Below, one piece after another: positions 51,032 to 60,848 of a stretch of DNA of 64,000 bases. A program made the position numbers and the translations under genes. Where the stretch lies: assembly GCA_024650005.2 (NCBI GenBank), contig CP122380.1, positions 576,001 to 640,000 of the forward strand, in the 5' to 3' direction. This DNA is from Candidatus Bathyarchaeum tardum. GTDB taxonomy: Archaea; Thermoproteota; Bathyarchaeia; Bathyarchaeales; Bathyarchaeaceae. Position 1 is the stretch's first letter, and every line of letters starts with the position of its first letter. The notes below the pieces were generated by a model. The model was not told the origin of the DNA. It did not search any database and worked only from the letters and a program-made list of their open reading frames with translations.

Positions 51032-54000
51032 CTATTCCTCCAAAAGTGCTATTGCAAACTTGCGAGTTGTTTCATTAATTAACTTCTCTTGAACATGCTT
51101 TTGGGTAAAGCTATTCTTTATTTTATTATTCAATTCTTTAATTAGTTTATCTGAGATTTCATCTTTTTTGATTCTTTTTTCCAACTCTTTGATGACTCGA
51201 GCTGTTGTACTGCCACAAGATTCTTTTGTTCTGTTCAATGTAAAAATTAATTCGTCAATATTCGAGTATAACTGAGACAGGTTTTTTAATTCGATTATAT
51301 CCAAAATATTATTGATTTTTCTATCTAATTGGCTATTATAAAAATTTAGACATAATTTTTTTCTTTTTTCAGTCTCTAGGTATTGATCGAATTCTTGGAG
51401 ATAATTGTTCAGATCTTTTTCAAAATTGATTGTTCGAGTAATTTTTTCCATTTTGGCCTTGTGTAAGTATTCCTCATTAAAAACATCATTAGAGTTGTAA
51501 TAAACAATTAGACCTTTTTTTCCTTTGATTGTCGTATAGTTGTTACCGAATGGCAAATTTTGGTTTTCAACATCTTCTCGAGTAATTCCAAATTTTTTGA
51601 TCGTTTTTTGTAGGAAAGCTAAAGTAGGTTTTGCATATTGTATTTCAACTTCAAGATTTTCAAATTTTCCTTTCGTAAAATCTGAACGAATACTCTTCAT
51701 TACCTCTTGGTATATTCGTGTATCTTTCAATCTTCTTTCTTTTAGAAGCGTTCTGATCTCATTTTCTCGATCAATCCAAACCCGATATTCTACGCCAACA
51801 AAATTGATTATGTCTTTAATTCGAAGGTCCATTCGATCTACTAATTCCAATTCTCTATCAATGTCTTCATCAGGTTTGAAATTGAATACATCAATTTTTT
51901 TTGGATTATCAAGTCGTGTTGCACGTCCAATTCTCTGAATGATTCTAACTGGATTATATGGGATATCAAAATTTATTACAACATCGGCACCACTAATGTT
52001 AAAGCCTTCTGACAATGCATCTGTCGAGCACAGTAGACTAAGTTTTGATCGCTTGTCATTGAATTTCTCGATTATCCTATTTTTATTTTCCACTTCAGAG
52101 CTAACATACTTTGCAACATCGTTGCTGATTCTACTTTTTAGGAATTTTTCAATAGCTTTTAGTGTGTCTTTGTATTGTGTAAATAACAAAATTTTCTTTG
52201 ATTGATTATTCTTGACTATCTTATAGAGTTCATCAAGTTTGTAATCATTCTCAAAACAAAGGTCGGATACCACAAACGGTTGTAGCTTTTCAATTTCATT
52301 ATTGATACGTTCAGTGTCACTTTTTAAATCATCTAAAATTTTTAACTGTTCTTGACCTTTTCCCTTCTTTATTTTTTCGATTACTTTCTCTAATTTTTCT
52401 CGAAAATCAAAAGTGAAATTTATTTCGACATCATCTTCATATTCTATATCTAAACAACAAACATCTCTGTTTTCAATAGCGTCTTGTATGCATTGATTTC
52501 TCTTAGCTAACCTTTTTAATGTTAGATAGTAAGCTGTTATGCTACTCTCAAAACGTTTGTACAATAACCACTTGAAAAAACCACCTAATCTTCTACCTTT
52601 CTCAGGATCAATCATCCTAAGGTGGGCAGCAGAAAGACTGCTTATGAAATCGACAATGTTATTTACGATTGGTCTGTAATTTGCATGTAAGGTATATTCT
52701 GTTTCAATCACTTCTGGATCGGGTATTGTTGTTAAATCAACACCAGAAAACTCTTTCAATTGTTGAATATAATCTTGATTAGTCTTAATCGTTTCTCGAG
52801 TAGATTTGATAAAAAGCTCCTTTTCGACTTCTTCTTGTCTTTTAGCTAACTCTTCTTTTTCATTGTTGGTTAATTCTTCAAACTCTTTTTTCATTGCTAA
52901 GTCGATTACTTTTTTCAAATCCCTTACCATTGCATCAAAAACCAAATTTTGTCCAGGCCTATGGAAAAGCTCAATTAAACTCAACAAATCATTTAAACTT
53001 GTATTAATTGGAGTTGCCGTCAAAAACATAATCTTTGAATCGCCATTTAGATCAATTAACCTCTTCAAATTCCTTGTTCTATAAGCATCATTATTTCTAA
53101 AATTGTGGGCTTCATCAACAATAATTAAACCATACTTGTTTTCCTTTTCAAGTTTTATCTTACCACTAGTAGCATAGTTTGTCACTCTTTTATCAAAAAA
53201 CTCCTTAGGGTCTTTTTGGAACTCCCCCATAGAAACTAAATCTACTTTACCCCAAAGCTTAAACTCTTTCAAGTATCGAGGCCACTGATCATCACCTTTA
53301 GCAAGATTTGCAGGTGCAATGATTAACACTCTATTTCCTTCACGCATAAAAATCTCTGCAACTTTAGTGGCAACATAAGATTTTCCAAGACCCACAGAAG
53401 AAGTCAAAAACACGCTTCGATATTTGTTCTCTTTAAACAATCTCAAACATCTATTTGTGTCAACAACTTGAAATCCAAACAAACCTGACTTTTTCCAATC
53501 CTCAAAAAGATAATCAGCGTTCAAAAACTTGATTAACGATTTAAAGAATTCCTTTGGTTCCATGTATTTGTATGCTTCATCAATTTCTGCTCCAAACTTT
53601 GATTCTTCAATTGCTTTTGTTAAGGCATCAGCAACTCTAAGTTTTTCAAACTCTTCAGTTCCATGTTCCCACAACTCATCAAACCATGATTCAAGATAAC
53701 TCATGCTTCGTTGATTTGTAGTCATCATATTCAGTTCTGTATTCCCCATTAACCCACTCGGAGTTAAGTTTGATGACCCAATCACACAAGCATAGTAACG
53801 GTCCATTGGGTTATCGGTTTCAACATCTCTAAGAAATAAGTAACCTTTTGAATGTAGCCTTTGTAGTTTCCCATTTTCTCCAAGGTATACTCTTGCTTTC
53901 AGAACTTTTGATTCTTTGATTAAAGTATGGAAAAGTTTAACGGCAGCGGTAGTTGTTTCATTTTTTTCAATTTCATCAAATTTTTTTGTGAAGGCTCTAA

Positions 54001-54256
54001 TGAGCTCTTTTTTTGTTTTTGGTGAAGTGTCTCCTCCCATTAGGATTTTAATTTCTTTTAGTTGTTTGAGTGAGTTTATTATTTGAGCTAGCCCTTCAAT
54101 GTAAAAATATCCAACTGCTGTTTTCAGTCCTTTTGAGCCTTCAGCCATATTGATAAGCACGTCTTTTAAAGTCACTTTTTTTCCTGAGTGGACTCGTCTG
54201 TTGTCAATTATTGAGCCTTTATCCATTAGCTCTTTAAAGCTGAAGTCTTCGGACAT
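51032..54256 (-). CDS. PLD-family nuclease fused to SF2 (SNF2-like) helicase
   Basis: LHSKGY and IGSSNLT..G...N.ELN PLD motifs; VGLGKS, DEAHN, LTATP, SEGFN, QRIGR. Confidence 0.9.
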   Translation of the reverse strand: MSEDFSFKELMDKGSIIDNRRVHSGKKVTLKDVLINMAEGSKGLKTAVGYFYIEGLAQIINSLKQLKEIKILMGGDTSPKTKKELIRAFTKKFDEIEKNETTTAAVKLFHTLIKESKVLKARVYLGENGKLQRLHSKGYLFLRDVETDNPMDRYYACVIGSSNLTPSGLMGNTELNMMTTNQRSMSYLESWFDELWEHGTEEFEKLRVADALTKAIEESKFGAEIDEAYKYMEPKEFFKSLIKFLNADYLFEDWKKSGLFGFQVVDTNRCLRLFKENKYRSVFLTSSVGLGKSYVATKVAEIFMREGNRVLIIAPANLAKGDDQWPRYLKEFKLWGKVDLVSMGEFQKDPKEFFDKRVTNYATSGKIKLEKENKYGLIIVDEAHNFRNNDAYRTRNLKRLIDLNGDSKIMFLTATPINTSLNDLLSLIELFHRPGQNLVFDAMVRDLKKVIDLAMKKEFEELTNNEKEELAKRQEEVEKELFIKSTRETIKTNQDYIQQLKEFSGVDLTTIPDPEVIETEYTLHANYRPIVNNIVDFISSLSAAHLRMIDPEKGRRLGGFFKWLLYKRFESSITAYYLTLKRLAKRNQCIQDAIENRDVCCLDIEYEDDVEINFTFDFREKLEKVIEKIKKGKGQEQLKILDDLKSDTERINNEIEKLQPFVVSDLCFENDYKLDELYKIVKNNQSKKILLFTQYKDTLKAIEKFLKSRISNDVAKYVSSEVENKNRIIEKFNDKRSKLSLLCSTDALSEGFNISGADVVINFDIPYNPVRIIQRIGRATRLDNPKKIDVFNFKPDEDIDRELELVDRMDLRIKDIINFVGVEYRVWIDRENEIRTLLKERRLKDTRIYQEVMKSIRSDFTKGKFENLEVEIQYAKPTLAFLQKTIKKFGITREDVENQNLPFGNNYTTIKGKKGLIVYYNSNDVFNEEYLHKAKMEKITRTINFEKDLNNYLQEFDQYLETEKRKKLCLNFYNSQLDRKINNILDIIELKNLSQLYSNIDELIFTLNRTKESCGSTTARVIKELEKRIKKDEISDKLIKELNNKIKNSFTQKHVQEKLINETTRKFAIALLEE

Positions 54257-54421
54257 AGCTCACATTTATGTTTGATCATAAAATAAATCATTCGATGATA
54301 AAATTATGCTAGAGTACATCTAAAGAATAATTTCTAAACAAAAAATTCTATTTTCTAAAATCCTAATAAAATTTAGAAAAGGACTGTTGAACTTTTTTGG
54401 TATTCAGGGTGTCCTCAAAAG

Positions 54422-55627
54422 TTATCCTCGTGTGTTTTGGTTTTTATTTTCTAGCGGCAGCCCCATTGTGATTAGTATTTTTCTGAATTCTGGAGTAGGT
54501 ATCACGTCGGAACGGTCTTTTGCGATTTGTGCGAGGACGGGTAGCAGGGTTTCTATGTCTGGTTTTTCGGGTATTCCCCAGTTCATTCGACTGTCTGCTT
54601 TTACAGGATCCAACCCTGCTTGTGTTAGGACGGGTACAAAAATTTCTTTTTCTACAGTTCGTTTGATGAATCTTTGTAGGGCTAATACTTTTCTTTCTGC
54701 AATTTCAAGAGCTGCTCGTGCTGATGCTTCGGTGAATCCTGGTGTTGTGAATAGTTTAGGTAAGGGTGTTTGTCCGCCTAGGTAAACTTGGTTTAGTATG
54801 TGATCTATGTATGCTTCGTATCTTGCTCGGGGGTCAACTGATACTGTTTTGATGTCTGCTTCAGGCTTGTTATAAACGAATCTTGCGCCAGCTTTAGGTT
54901 TGTTTTTGATCATTTTTTGGTATTCTGCAAGTTTTTTGTCGCTTGCTCCTGCGAAAACCCATAGTTCATCAGGCCCTGCGTACTTCTCGAAAACTTCAGG
55001 CATCATTTTTTCTATTCGTGCTTTCATTTCTAGAAAGCTGATTCTTGTTTCTCCGCCTTCTAGTTTGAGTTCAGATAACAGGACTTGTAAAACTCCAGTT
55101 CCGAAGGCTGAGAAGTTTACTGGATTCCATCGGAAATGAATTATTTTTTCGGGTTTAAACTTCTTTTTCACTTCGCCATATGAGTAGTTGTATCCCGTAA
55201 CTTCTCCAAAGAAATCACGTTCAACCGCTTTGGATTCGTCAAAACCTGTTAGGGGTAGGACTTTTAGTATTTGCAGGTTTTCAGGGGTTGTTTTTAGCCA
55301 GAAACTGTTGCCTGCAGCCACTATTTCTCTTGCTCCGATTTGGAGTAAACTATCAAGGTTCACAGTTTCGCAGAATTTGTCGATTGCTTGTTTTGCTTCT
55401 GTTGCTTTTTCGTATTGTTCGTTTACTGTGGTGTAAAATCCCATTCCTACTGCTTGGTCTGCTAGGAAATCTACAAAGGCTTTGCAGCTGGGGTCTCTTG
55501 TGTATGCGGTTAATATGTTGTTGAATGTTACTGGTTTTGGTTCGCCGTATATTGTTCTGTGAGCTGGTAATAATGAGTTTGAGTTTCTGGATACGCCTTC
55601 ACGTATGCGCTGAATAAGTCCACTCAA
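54422..55627 (-). CDS. Viral portal protein
   Basis: Y..DP....VD.LA..AVG.GF, GNSFW, FKPEKIIHFR.....FG motifs; 401 aa. Confidence 0.85.
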   Translation of the reverse strand: MSGLIQRIREGVSRNSNSLLPAHRTIYGEPKPVTFNNILTAYTRDPSCKAFVDFLADQAVGMGFYTTVNEQYEKATEAKQAIDKFCETVNLDSLLQIGAREIVAAGNSFWLKTTPENLQILKVLPLTGFDESKAVERDFFGEVTGYNYSYGEVKKKFKPEKIIHFRWNPVNFSAFGTGVLQVLLSELKLEGGETRISFLEMKARIEKMMPEVFEKYAGPDELWVFAGASDKKLAEYQKMIKNKPKAGARFVYNKPEADIKTVSVDPRARYEAYIDHILNQVYLGGQTPLPKLFTTPGFTEASARAALEIAERKVLALQRFIKRTVEKEIFVPVLTQAGLDPVKADSRMNWGIPEKPDIETLLPVLAQIAKDRSDVIPTPEFRKILITMGLPLENKNQNTRG

Positions 55628-55854
55628 AAGGTAGCCCTCATTGCTGTTTCATTTATGGGTTTGCTTTCTATTTGTGTGAGGTTTTCAACCCATTCTATGT
55701 CTTTTTTTGCTGATTCAATTTTCTTTTCTGCGTTTTTGCGGGAACGGTTTACTGTTGGGGGATCTCTGTTGAGTGCTCGTGCAATTGCATAGTCTGAGTT
55801 GCCTTTTGCTCGTAATTTTAGAATTTTTCGTTCAAAGTCTGTCAATAAGCCCAT
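55624..55854 (-). CDS. Small HTH protein (Tfx/sigma70-region-4-like)
   Basis: LTDFERKILKLRAKG.S...IARAL.....V.R....A.KKI; 4 bp overlap with the portal start. Confidence 0.75.
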   Translation of the reverse strand: MGLLTDFERKILKLRAKGNSDYAIARALNRDPPTVNRSRKNAEKKIESAKKDIEWVENLTQIESKPINETAMRATF

Positions 55855-55966
55855 TTTCTACAACAGGGTATGATATGAGCTTATTTTTCTTAAATAAGCT
55901 ATTATCACGTTTAGGATAATAACAGCTTTTTGTTTTAACGCTTATTTTTGTTTTGGATTTGATTTC

Positions 55967-57253
55967 ATGCCCCGTCATGAAGATTTTGAAAAAATTTATC
56001 AAAGTTTTATTGAGCAATATGGACCTGAAGAGGGTGAAACGAAATATTTTGCTTGGCTAAACGAACGCAGCTATGACGACTCAAAGCCTATGCCTAAAAA
56101 AGAAAGCTTCTCGTGGGTTGGTGATATTCAAGCAAATCCAGCTGAGAAGAACTTGATTCGGGGTAAAGCTCTTCATCCTGTAAAGACTTTGCATCCTGAT
56201 GAGTGGCCGCAAGTTCGAGTTTATCTTGATGAAGAACTGGAAAAGTCTGCTGATACTCTAACAGGCGGAATTCTGCTTTTGGACCATGGTGTTGTTGTAG
56301 ATGGAAAGGTTTTGCAATCTGCCTATGAGGATGGCGCCATTGAATATGTTGCGCAAGTGGACGATCCACGGATTCTTGACTACATTGAAACTGGAGACAT
56401 CAAGCATTGCAGTGTTGAGTTTAATTGGAAGTCTCTTGAAAACGTCGAGGGTGGTGTCGCACCAAAGGGAATCGAATTTACCGGTCTTTCTCTGTTGAAA
56501 AATTTGGCTCCTGGAGATCCTATGACGACTGTTGAGGTTTGGGAAGGAATCATTCAAACTCTGAAAGAAGCTAAACTGAAAGAGAACAACAAACCAGAGA
56601 CTCCAACTTTAGAGGGCAGGATTACTTTTCTTGAAACTTCTCTGTCTTTGAAGGAACAACAGTTAACGAAGGAACAAATTACTGCGAAAATTGACGAGCT
56701 CAATCAGTCTAAACAGGTTTTAGATACTGAGTTGCAGCAGATTGCGGATAAAGAGCAGCCGAAACGTAATGAGATTTGGCAAAAGATTGACTTGCTTAAT
56801 GCAGAGCTCAGGGCTTATGAAGAGGCTTTGAGAACCTTATTGGCTAGTGAAATTGTTTCTCCTTCGGGAGATTCGACTGAAGAAAAGCCTACTGGTGAAG
56901 GGTTGCCGAATAGTCAAGAGTCCCAGGAACCTAAAACGCCTAAAGAACGGTTCATGAATCATTTTAGCATTAGTGAAGAATCGTTCCAGAAATTCTTTGA
57001 CCTTCTAGGAGAGGAAATGTTCAAGTTACTGCCTGAACCGGGAACCAAACGTCAAGAACAAACAGCAGAATCAAAGAAGGTCATAGGGGAAGCAATCATT
57101 TCTCCGAGTCCAGGACAAGAAGAGCCTTCTGACTTGATTAATAAGAAAGAAATTTTGTCTTTAATCCCCGGTATTCAAGTCACTAGATCATGGAGTTGGG
57201 GTCCTCAAAGGCTCGTGAATGAAATAATGCACAAGTTAGGGGAGGTGCAATAG
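55967..57253 (+). CDS. Prohead protease / scaffolding protein
   Basis: LLLDH, HCSVEF, FTGLSL..PGDP protease motifs, then coiled-coil and acidic scaffold; first gene of the head operon. Confidence 0.75.
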   Translation: MPRHEDFEKIYQSFIEQYGPEEGETKYFAWLNERSYDDSKPMPKKESFSWVGDIQANPAEKNLIRGKALHPVKTLHPDEWPQVRVYLDEELEKSADTLTGGILLLDHGVVVDGKVLQSAYEDGAIEYVAQVDDPRILDYIETGDIKHCSVEFNWKSLENVEGGVAPKGIEFTGLSLLKNLAPGDPMTTVEVWEGIIQTLKEAKLKENNKPETPTLEGRITFLETSLSLKEQQLTKEQITAKIDELNQSKQVLDTELQQIADKEQPKRNEIWQKIDLLNAELRAYEEALRTLLASEIVSPSGDSTEEKPTGEGLPNSQESQEPKTPKERFMNHFSISEESFQKFFDLLGEEMFKLLPEPGTKRQEQTAESKKVIGEAIISPSPGQEEPSDLINKKEILSLIPGIQVTRSWSWGPQRLVNEIMHKLGEVQ

Positions 57254-57256
57254 CCT

Positions 57257-57487
57257 ATGGAAAAATCTAAGATTCGAAGTATTTTGGTTCCTTTCTGTCC
57301 GCCTTTGTCTCCAGTTCAAGTTAACGAGATTGTTTCTGCGATTGATGCTGTAGTAAATGCGACTATTGCTGAAATAACTGCAAAGATTCAAGCTGAAGCC
57401 GAAGAACCAAAAGAAGAACCTGAACCGCCTGAGATTCCTAAAGCTGATTCTAAATCAGAAAAGAAGCCTACTCAGAAAAAATCATAG
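57257..57487 (+). CDS. Small hypothetical viral protein
   Basis: 76 aa ORF tightly packed in the head operon; GGAGGTG SD. Confidence 0.6.
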   Translation: MEKSKIRSILVPFCPPLSPVQVNEIVSAIDAVVNATIAEITAKIQAEAEEPKEEPEPPEIPKADSKSEKKPTQKKS

Positions 57488-57554
57488 TCACTTTTGACCG
57501 GGAGTAAGGAGGACGAACTCTCTGAAACCGAATGTAAAAAATGGAGAGATGTAG

Positions 57555-57974
57555 ATGACTGATCTTTGGCCTGATGCAGAATTAGGCGAAATGATATCCG
57601 ACGGGGAAGTCCTCAGTTTTGAAGCTGAAGCCCCAATAACCAAAGGGTCACCTGTTTACATTACAGCAGACATGAAAGTTTCGCCCAGTCCAGGAGGAGA
57701 TAATGCAATTGGTGTTGCATTGAATTCACCTGTTGCTGGAGAGGAATGTTCGGTCTGCAAACGCGGAGTAGTAAAAGTAACTGCCAGTGGTGCTATTGCT
57801 AGGGGCTCTGCTGTTTGTTCAGCTGCTGGAGGAAAAGTGGCTCAACTTGTTGATCAAGCAGTAGACGAAGGCGGAAGTGCAACATACACAATCTATTACA
57901 ATCGCAAACTAGGCTCAGCACTGCAAGCACCAACAACTGACGAAGACGAGTTTCTCATCCACGTGGAGAAGTGA
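57555..57974 (+). CDS. Capsid decoration/cement protein (DUF2190-like)
   Basis: FEAEAPITKG.PV, AIGVAL, GVVKVTASGAIARG; directly upstream of the MCP. Confidence 0.75.
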   Translation: MTDLWPDAELGEMISDGEVLSFEAEAPITKGSPVYITADMKVSPSPGGDNAIGVALNSPVAGEECSVCKRGVVKVTASGAIARGSAVCSAAGGKVAQLVDQAVDEGGSATYTIYYNRKLGSALQAPTTDEDEFLIHVEK

Positions 57975-58918
57975 TCGATGTGCCAATAGAGTATCCAATT
58001 CCTAAACTTTTCGAAGCCATCCAGAAAGACAATGACATTAAACAAGACCTTCCGGGTATTTTTGAACGTTCAAAAAGTAACCCCATGATTAATGCTGTAA
58101 TGCGAGAAGCAATTCTTAGTGACGTTTCCGGTGCCCTTGGAAAACTACATGACAGTGTTGTTGAAGCCGCTAAACCTGCCTTGATTGGAAGAGAACTGAT
58201 TTGGGTGATGCCCACAAGCGAGAGTATGGTCAGGTTCCCTAAAGCCAAGGTAGGTAAAGCCAAGAGAACTGCTGAACTTGCCCAAACATGGATTTATGGG
58301 GAAAAATACTCGACTATTGACGTGAAAACTAACATTGAAATCAGAGCTGGTGCTGAATATTCAAAGAAGTTCTTTGAAGATGCCACTTGGCCTGTTATGG
58401 AACGTCAAGCTGCTGAAGTTGGGCGTTCAATTGCAGAACTTGAGACTGAACGGATTCTAGCCCTTTATGAAAGTATTCCTGCTTCTGATCTTGCAGGAGG
58501 CGCAGTACTAAATGGTAGCGGCACCCTTGATTGGGCGGGTGTAGTTAGTTTCTGGAATCAGCTAAAAAAGGAAAACCTCAGTGCAAAAGTGCTAGCGATT
58601 AATCCTAACCAAGCTGCTGATCTTTGGCAAGACGAGAAATTTATTCATAGTTTCTATTTTGGAGACAAAGTGGATGTTGCTCGTGGTATCCTAGGTCAGA
58701 GTTACTTGGGAATGAAAGTTGCTGTTAGTACCAAGGTAGCTGATGGAACAGTTTTTGCGATTGATACTGACGTAGCAGGAGTCATGCCGTTGCGCAGAGA
58801 CGTAATGACTGAGCCCTTCGAGAATCCTCGTGATGACCGTTACGGTATTGTTGGTAGTGAACGTTTAGGTCTTGGAGTCCTTAAAACCGAGGCAGTAGCA
58901 AGAGGAACCGGATGGTAA
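57971..58918 (+). CDS. HK97-fold major capsid protein
   Basis: 315 aa; E-loop (AE.A), YSKKFFEDA.W...ERQ, INP, LGMKV.VS, ERLG.GVL..EAV pattern. Confidence 0.85.
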   Translation: MIDVPIEYPIPKLFEAIQKDNDIKQDLPGIFERSKSNPMINAVMREAILSDVSGALGKLHDSVVEAAKPALIGRELIWVMPTSESMVRFPKAKVGKAKRTAELAQTWIYGEKYSTIDVKTNIEIRAGAEYSKKFFEDATWPVMERQAAEVGRSIAELETERILALYESIPASDLAGGAVLNGSGTLDWAGVVSFWNQLKKENLSAKVLAINPNQAADLWQDEKFIHSFYFGDKVDVARGILGQSYLGMKVAVSTKVADGTVFAIDTDVAGVMPLRRDVMTEPFENPRDDRYGIVGSERLGLGVLKTEAVARGTGW

Positions 58919-58983
58919 ACATCCTACTGTTGTTCAATGCTCCATTTTCTCTCTTTTTTCTTGTTTTTCGGATGTGAACAGAA

Positions 58984-59235
58984 ATGGTTGCCAAAATAGG
59001 ATTTGTACAAGGCAAGTGTGGCGCTTGTGGGAAGACTCTTTGTAGACATCGTCCTGCAGATTTAGCGGTTTGTGATTGTTACGAATATTGCCCTGTTTGT
59101 GGAACTAAAATGATTCCTTATTGGCCTGATTTAGCCCCTGGACAGTATAGGGCAGGTGACATTGACGTTTTGTATCAATGCCCAAATTGTGGTCATAAGA
59201 GTAGACAAAAACCAGTGGAAGTCAAATTGTCATGA
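58984..59235 (+). CDS. Zn-finger protein
   Basis: CGAC, CDC, CPVC, CPNC. Confidence 0.7.
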   Translation: MVAKIGFVQGKCGACGKTLCRHRPADLAVCDCYEYCPVCGTKMIPYWPDLAPGQYRAGDIDVLYQCPNCGHKSRQKPVEVKLS

Positions 59236-59474
59236 AAGATCGAGAGCGTGAAATTCTCCGCAAAATTATCTTGGAATTCCTTACTAAAAAACGCGTACAT
59301 TATTCAGAATTAGAAAAGAAAGTGTGTGCTACATTTCACTCATTTGCTACAACCAGCACTTTCAGATCGCAGTATCAGTATTTACTCACTAACAATTACA
59401 TTGAGCGAATAGCCCGAGGAATTTATCAAATAAGCCCCAAAGGCAAGAAACTCCTAGAGCTATTAACAGCCTAA
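59232..59474 (+). CDS. Small wHTH protein
   Basis: YSELEK...YLL...YIER..RGIYQISPKG. Confidence 0.7.
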   Translation: MKDREREILRKIILEFLTKKRVHYSELEKKVCATFHSFATTSTFRSQYQYLLTNNYIERIARGIYQISPKGKKLLELLTA

Positions 59475-59507
59475 CACATTGAAAAGATGGTCCTCTAGGA
59501 AATTACG

Positions 59508-60641
59508 TTAGAGATCACTGATAGAATTTGCTTTGATGAATTTTTCCAAAGTAGTGTATTTATGTCCTAAAGGTGCAACTTTTTTATTTATCAAAGGAAT
59601 CGGATCTTCAAGCTTATACAATGAATTAGGTTTAAGATGAATCACCTGTTTTCCGGCCTTGAATGTGTCAAGGTCTTCTTTTGATATTTTTTTAATATCC
59701 TCTTTTGATTTTAAAGGTTGAGTTATTGTTTCGATTTCTGCAAAGTACATAACTGATGATTTAGGTCTCCCAATGTATAGCGCGAAATATTTCGGGGCTC
59801 TGTTTTTTCCGAGTTTAATGAAACCCCATGCATTATATTTTTCAAGGAATTCGATTCCTTCAACTCGACTGGTACATAGGAGTACAACAGCAGATTCTTT
59901 GTTTGATAGCATGTTCCTAGAAATTGTACTTACTTTTGACACCTGTCCAACTTGTTCTTTCTCAAAACTTACTGGCGCGTCAGCCTGATCCTCAAACAAT
60001 TTAACTGTTTGTTTGCCAAGTTGGGCGGAAACAATCCTAATTCTATTTTCTAATCCGGGTCCAGTAAATTCAATTAATACTTTCTGAAATTCTTCTGCTA
60101 GTTCATTTTGTTTGCGTTTCAAATTACTGATGACTTTCTTAGTAGTAACAAATCGATTTGCAGTTTTTTCGATCTCACCTGTTAATATCGATTCTCTAGA
60201 AAGAATTCTTAACTCATTTTCTCCTGAAGGTAGTTCCTGAAGGTTAATTTCTATTACAAGGCATTCTGTTTCATTCTTTCCTGCTTTTGTGTCAAACACT
60301 TTTATTCTCTTCCCATTTGTAAGAACAACCCATTTAACGTCCTCGACTTTTCCGTAACTAATAATTTGAGAACAGAAATCATCGATTAGACTTTCATCAA
60401 AAGCTTTAGCTTCAACAAAAACTACAGGTTTATCTTCTAACATTAATGCATAATCTACGTAAGCTGTTCGTGTCCCTATTCTGACAGGATATTCTAATCT
60501 AATTTCATTGCTACGCAAATCCCATCCGAGAGATTCTAATAGAGGCTCAATAACCCGTTTCTTAGTGTTTGCTTCACTTCCGGTTAAATCAGTTTTTGAA
60601 AAATCAGTGATATAATGCAATAAATTCTGAAAGGAAGTCAT
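59508..60641 (-). CDS. HsdR-N-like PD-(D/E)xK nuclease with C-terminal PUA-like domain (defence cargo)
   Basis: EANTK..VIEPLLESLGW, VDYAL, VEAK, QI.SY, VLTNG; antisense to the morphogenesis operon. Confidence 0.8.
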   Translation of the reverse strand: MTSFQNLLHYITDFSKTDLTGSEANTKKRVIEPLLESLGWDLRSNEIRLEYPVRIGTRTAYVDYALMLEDKPVVFVEAKAFDESLIDDFCSQIISYGKVEDVKWVVLTNGKRIKVFDTKAGKNETECLVIEINLQELPSGENELRILSRESILTGEIEKTANRFVTTKKVISNLKRKQNELAEEFQKVLIEFTGPGLENRIRIVSAQLGKQTVKLFEDQADAPVSFEKEQVGQVSKVSTISRNMLSNKESAVVLLCTSRVEGIEFLEKYNAWGFIKLGKNRAPKYFALYIGRPKSSVMYFAEIETITQPLKSKEDIKKISKEDLDTFKAGKQVIHLKPNSLYKLEDPIPLINKKVAPLGHKYTTLEKFIKANSISDL

Positions 60642-60848
60642 TTTTAGTCATGCAGGAATTGTCATAATTAAGATAAAAGACTTTTTCAAGTAGCAGATTA
60701 AACAAGTCTTCTAGCTAGTTTGTCTAACCTGATAGAAATTTTGATCAATAATAAAGTGCTTTTTTACCAATTAATTTCTAACAGGTTCTTTTTTAAGGGT
60801 TTTTTTTCCCAAAATAGCTTAAATTTTGCTTATTTCACGATTTAAAGT

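Noticed and set aside
54351-54380. Inverted repeat TTTTCTAAA/TTTAGAAAA after the portal gene
   Set aside because: Very AT-rich; could be a terminator or chance
57488-57554. Possible ribozyme in the head-operon intergenic gap
   Set aside because: Only a weak GGGAGT/ACTCTC stem; no hammerhead CUGANGA core
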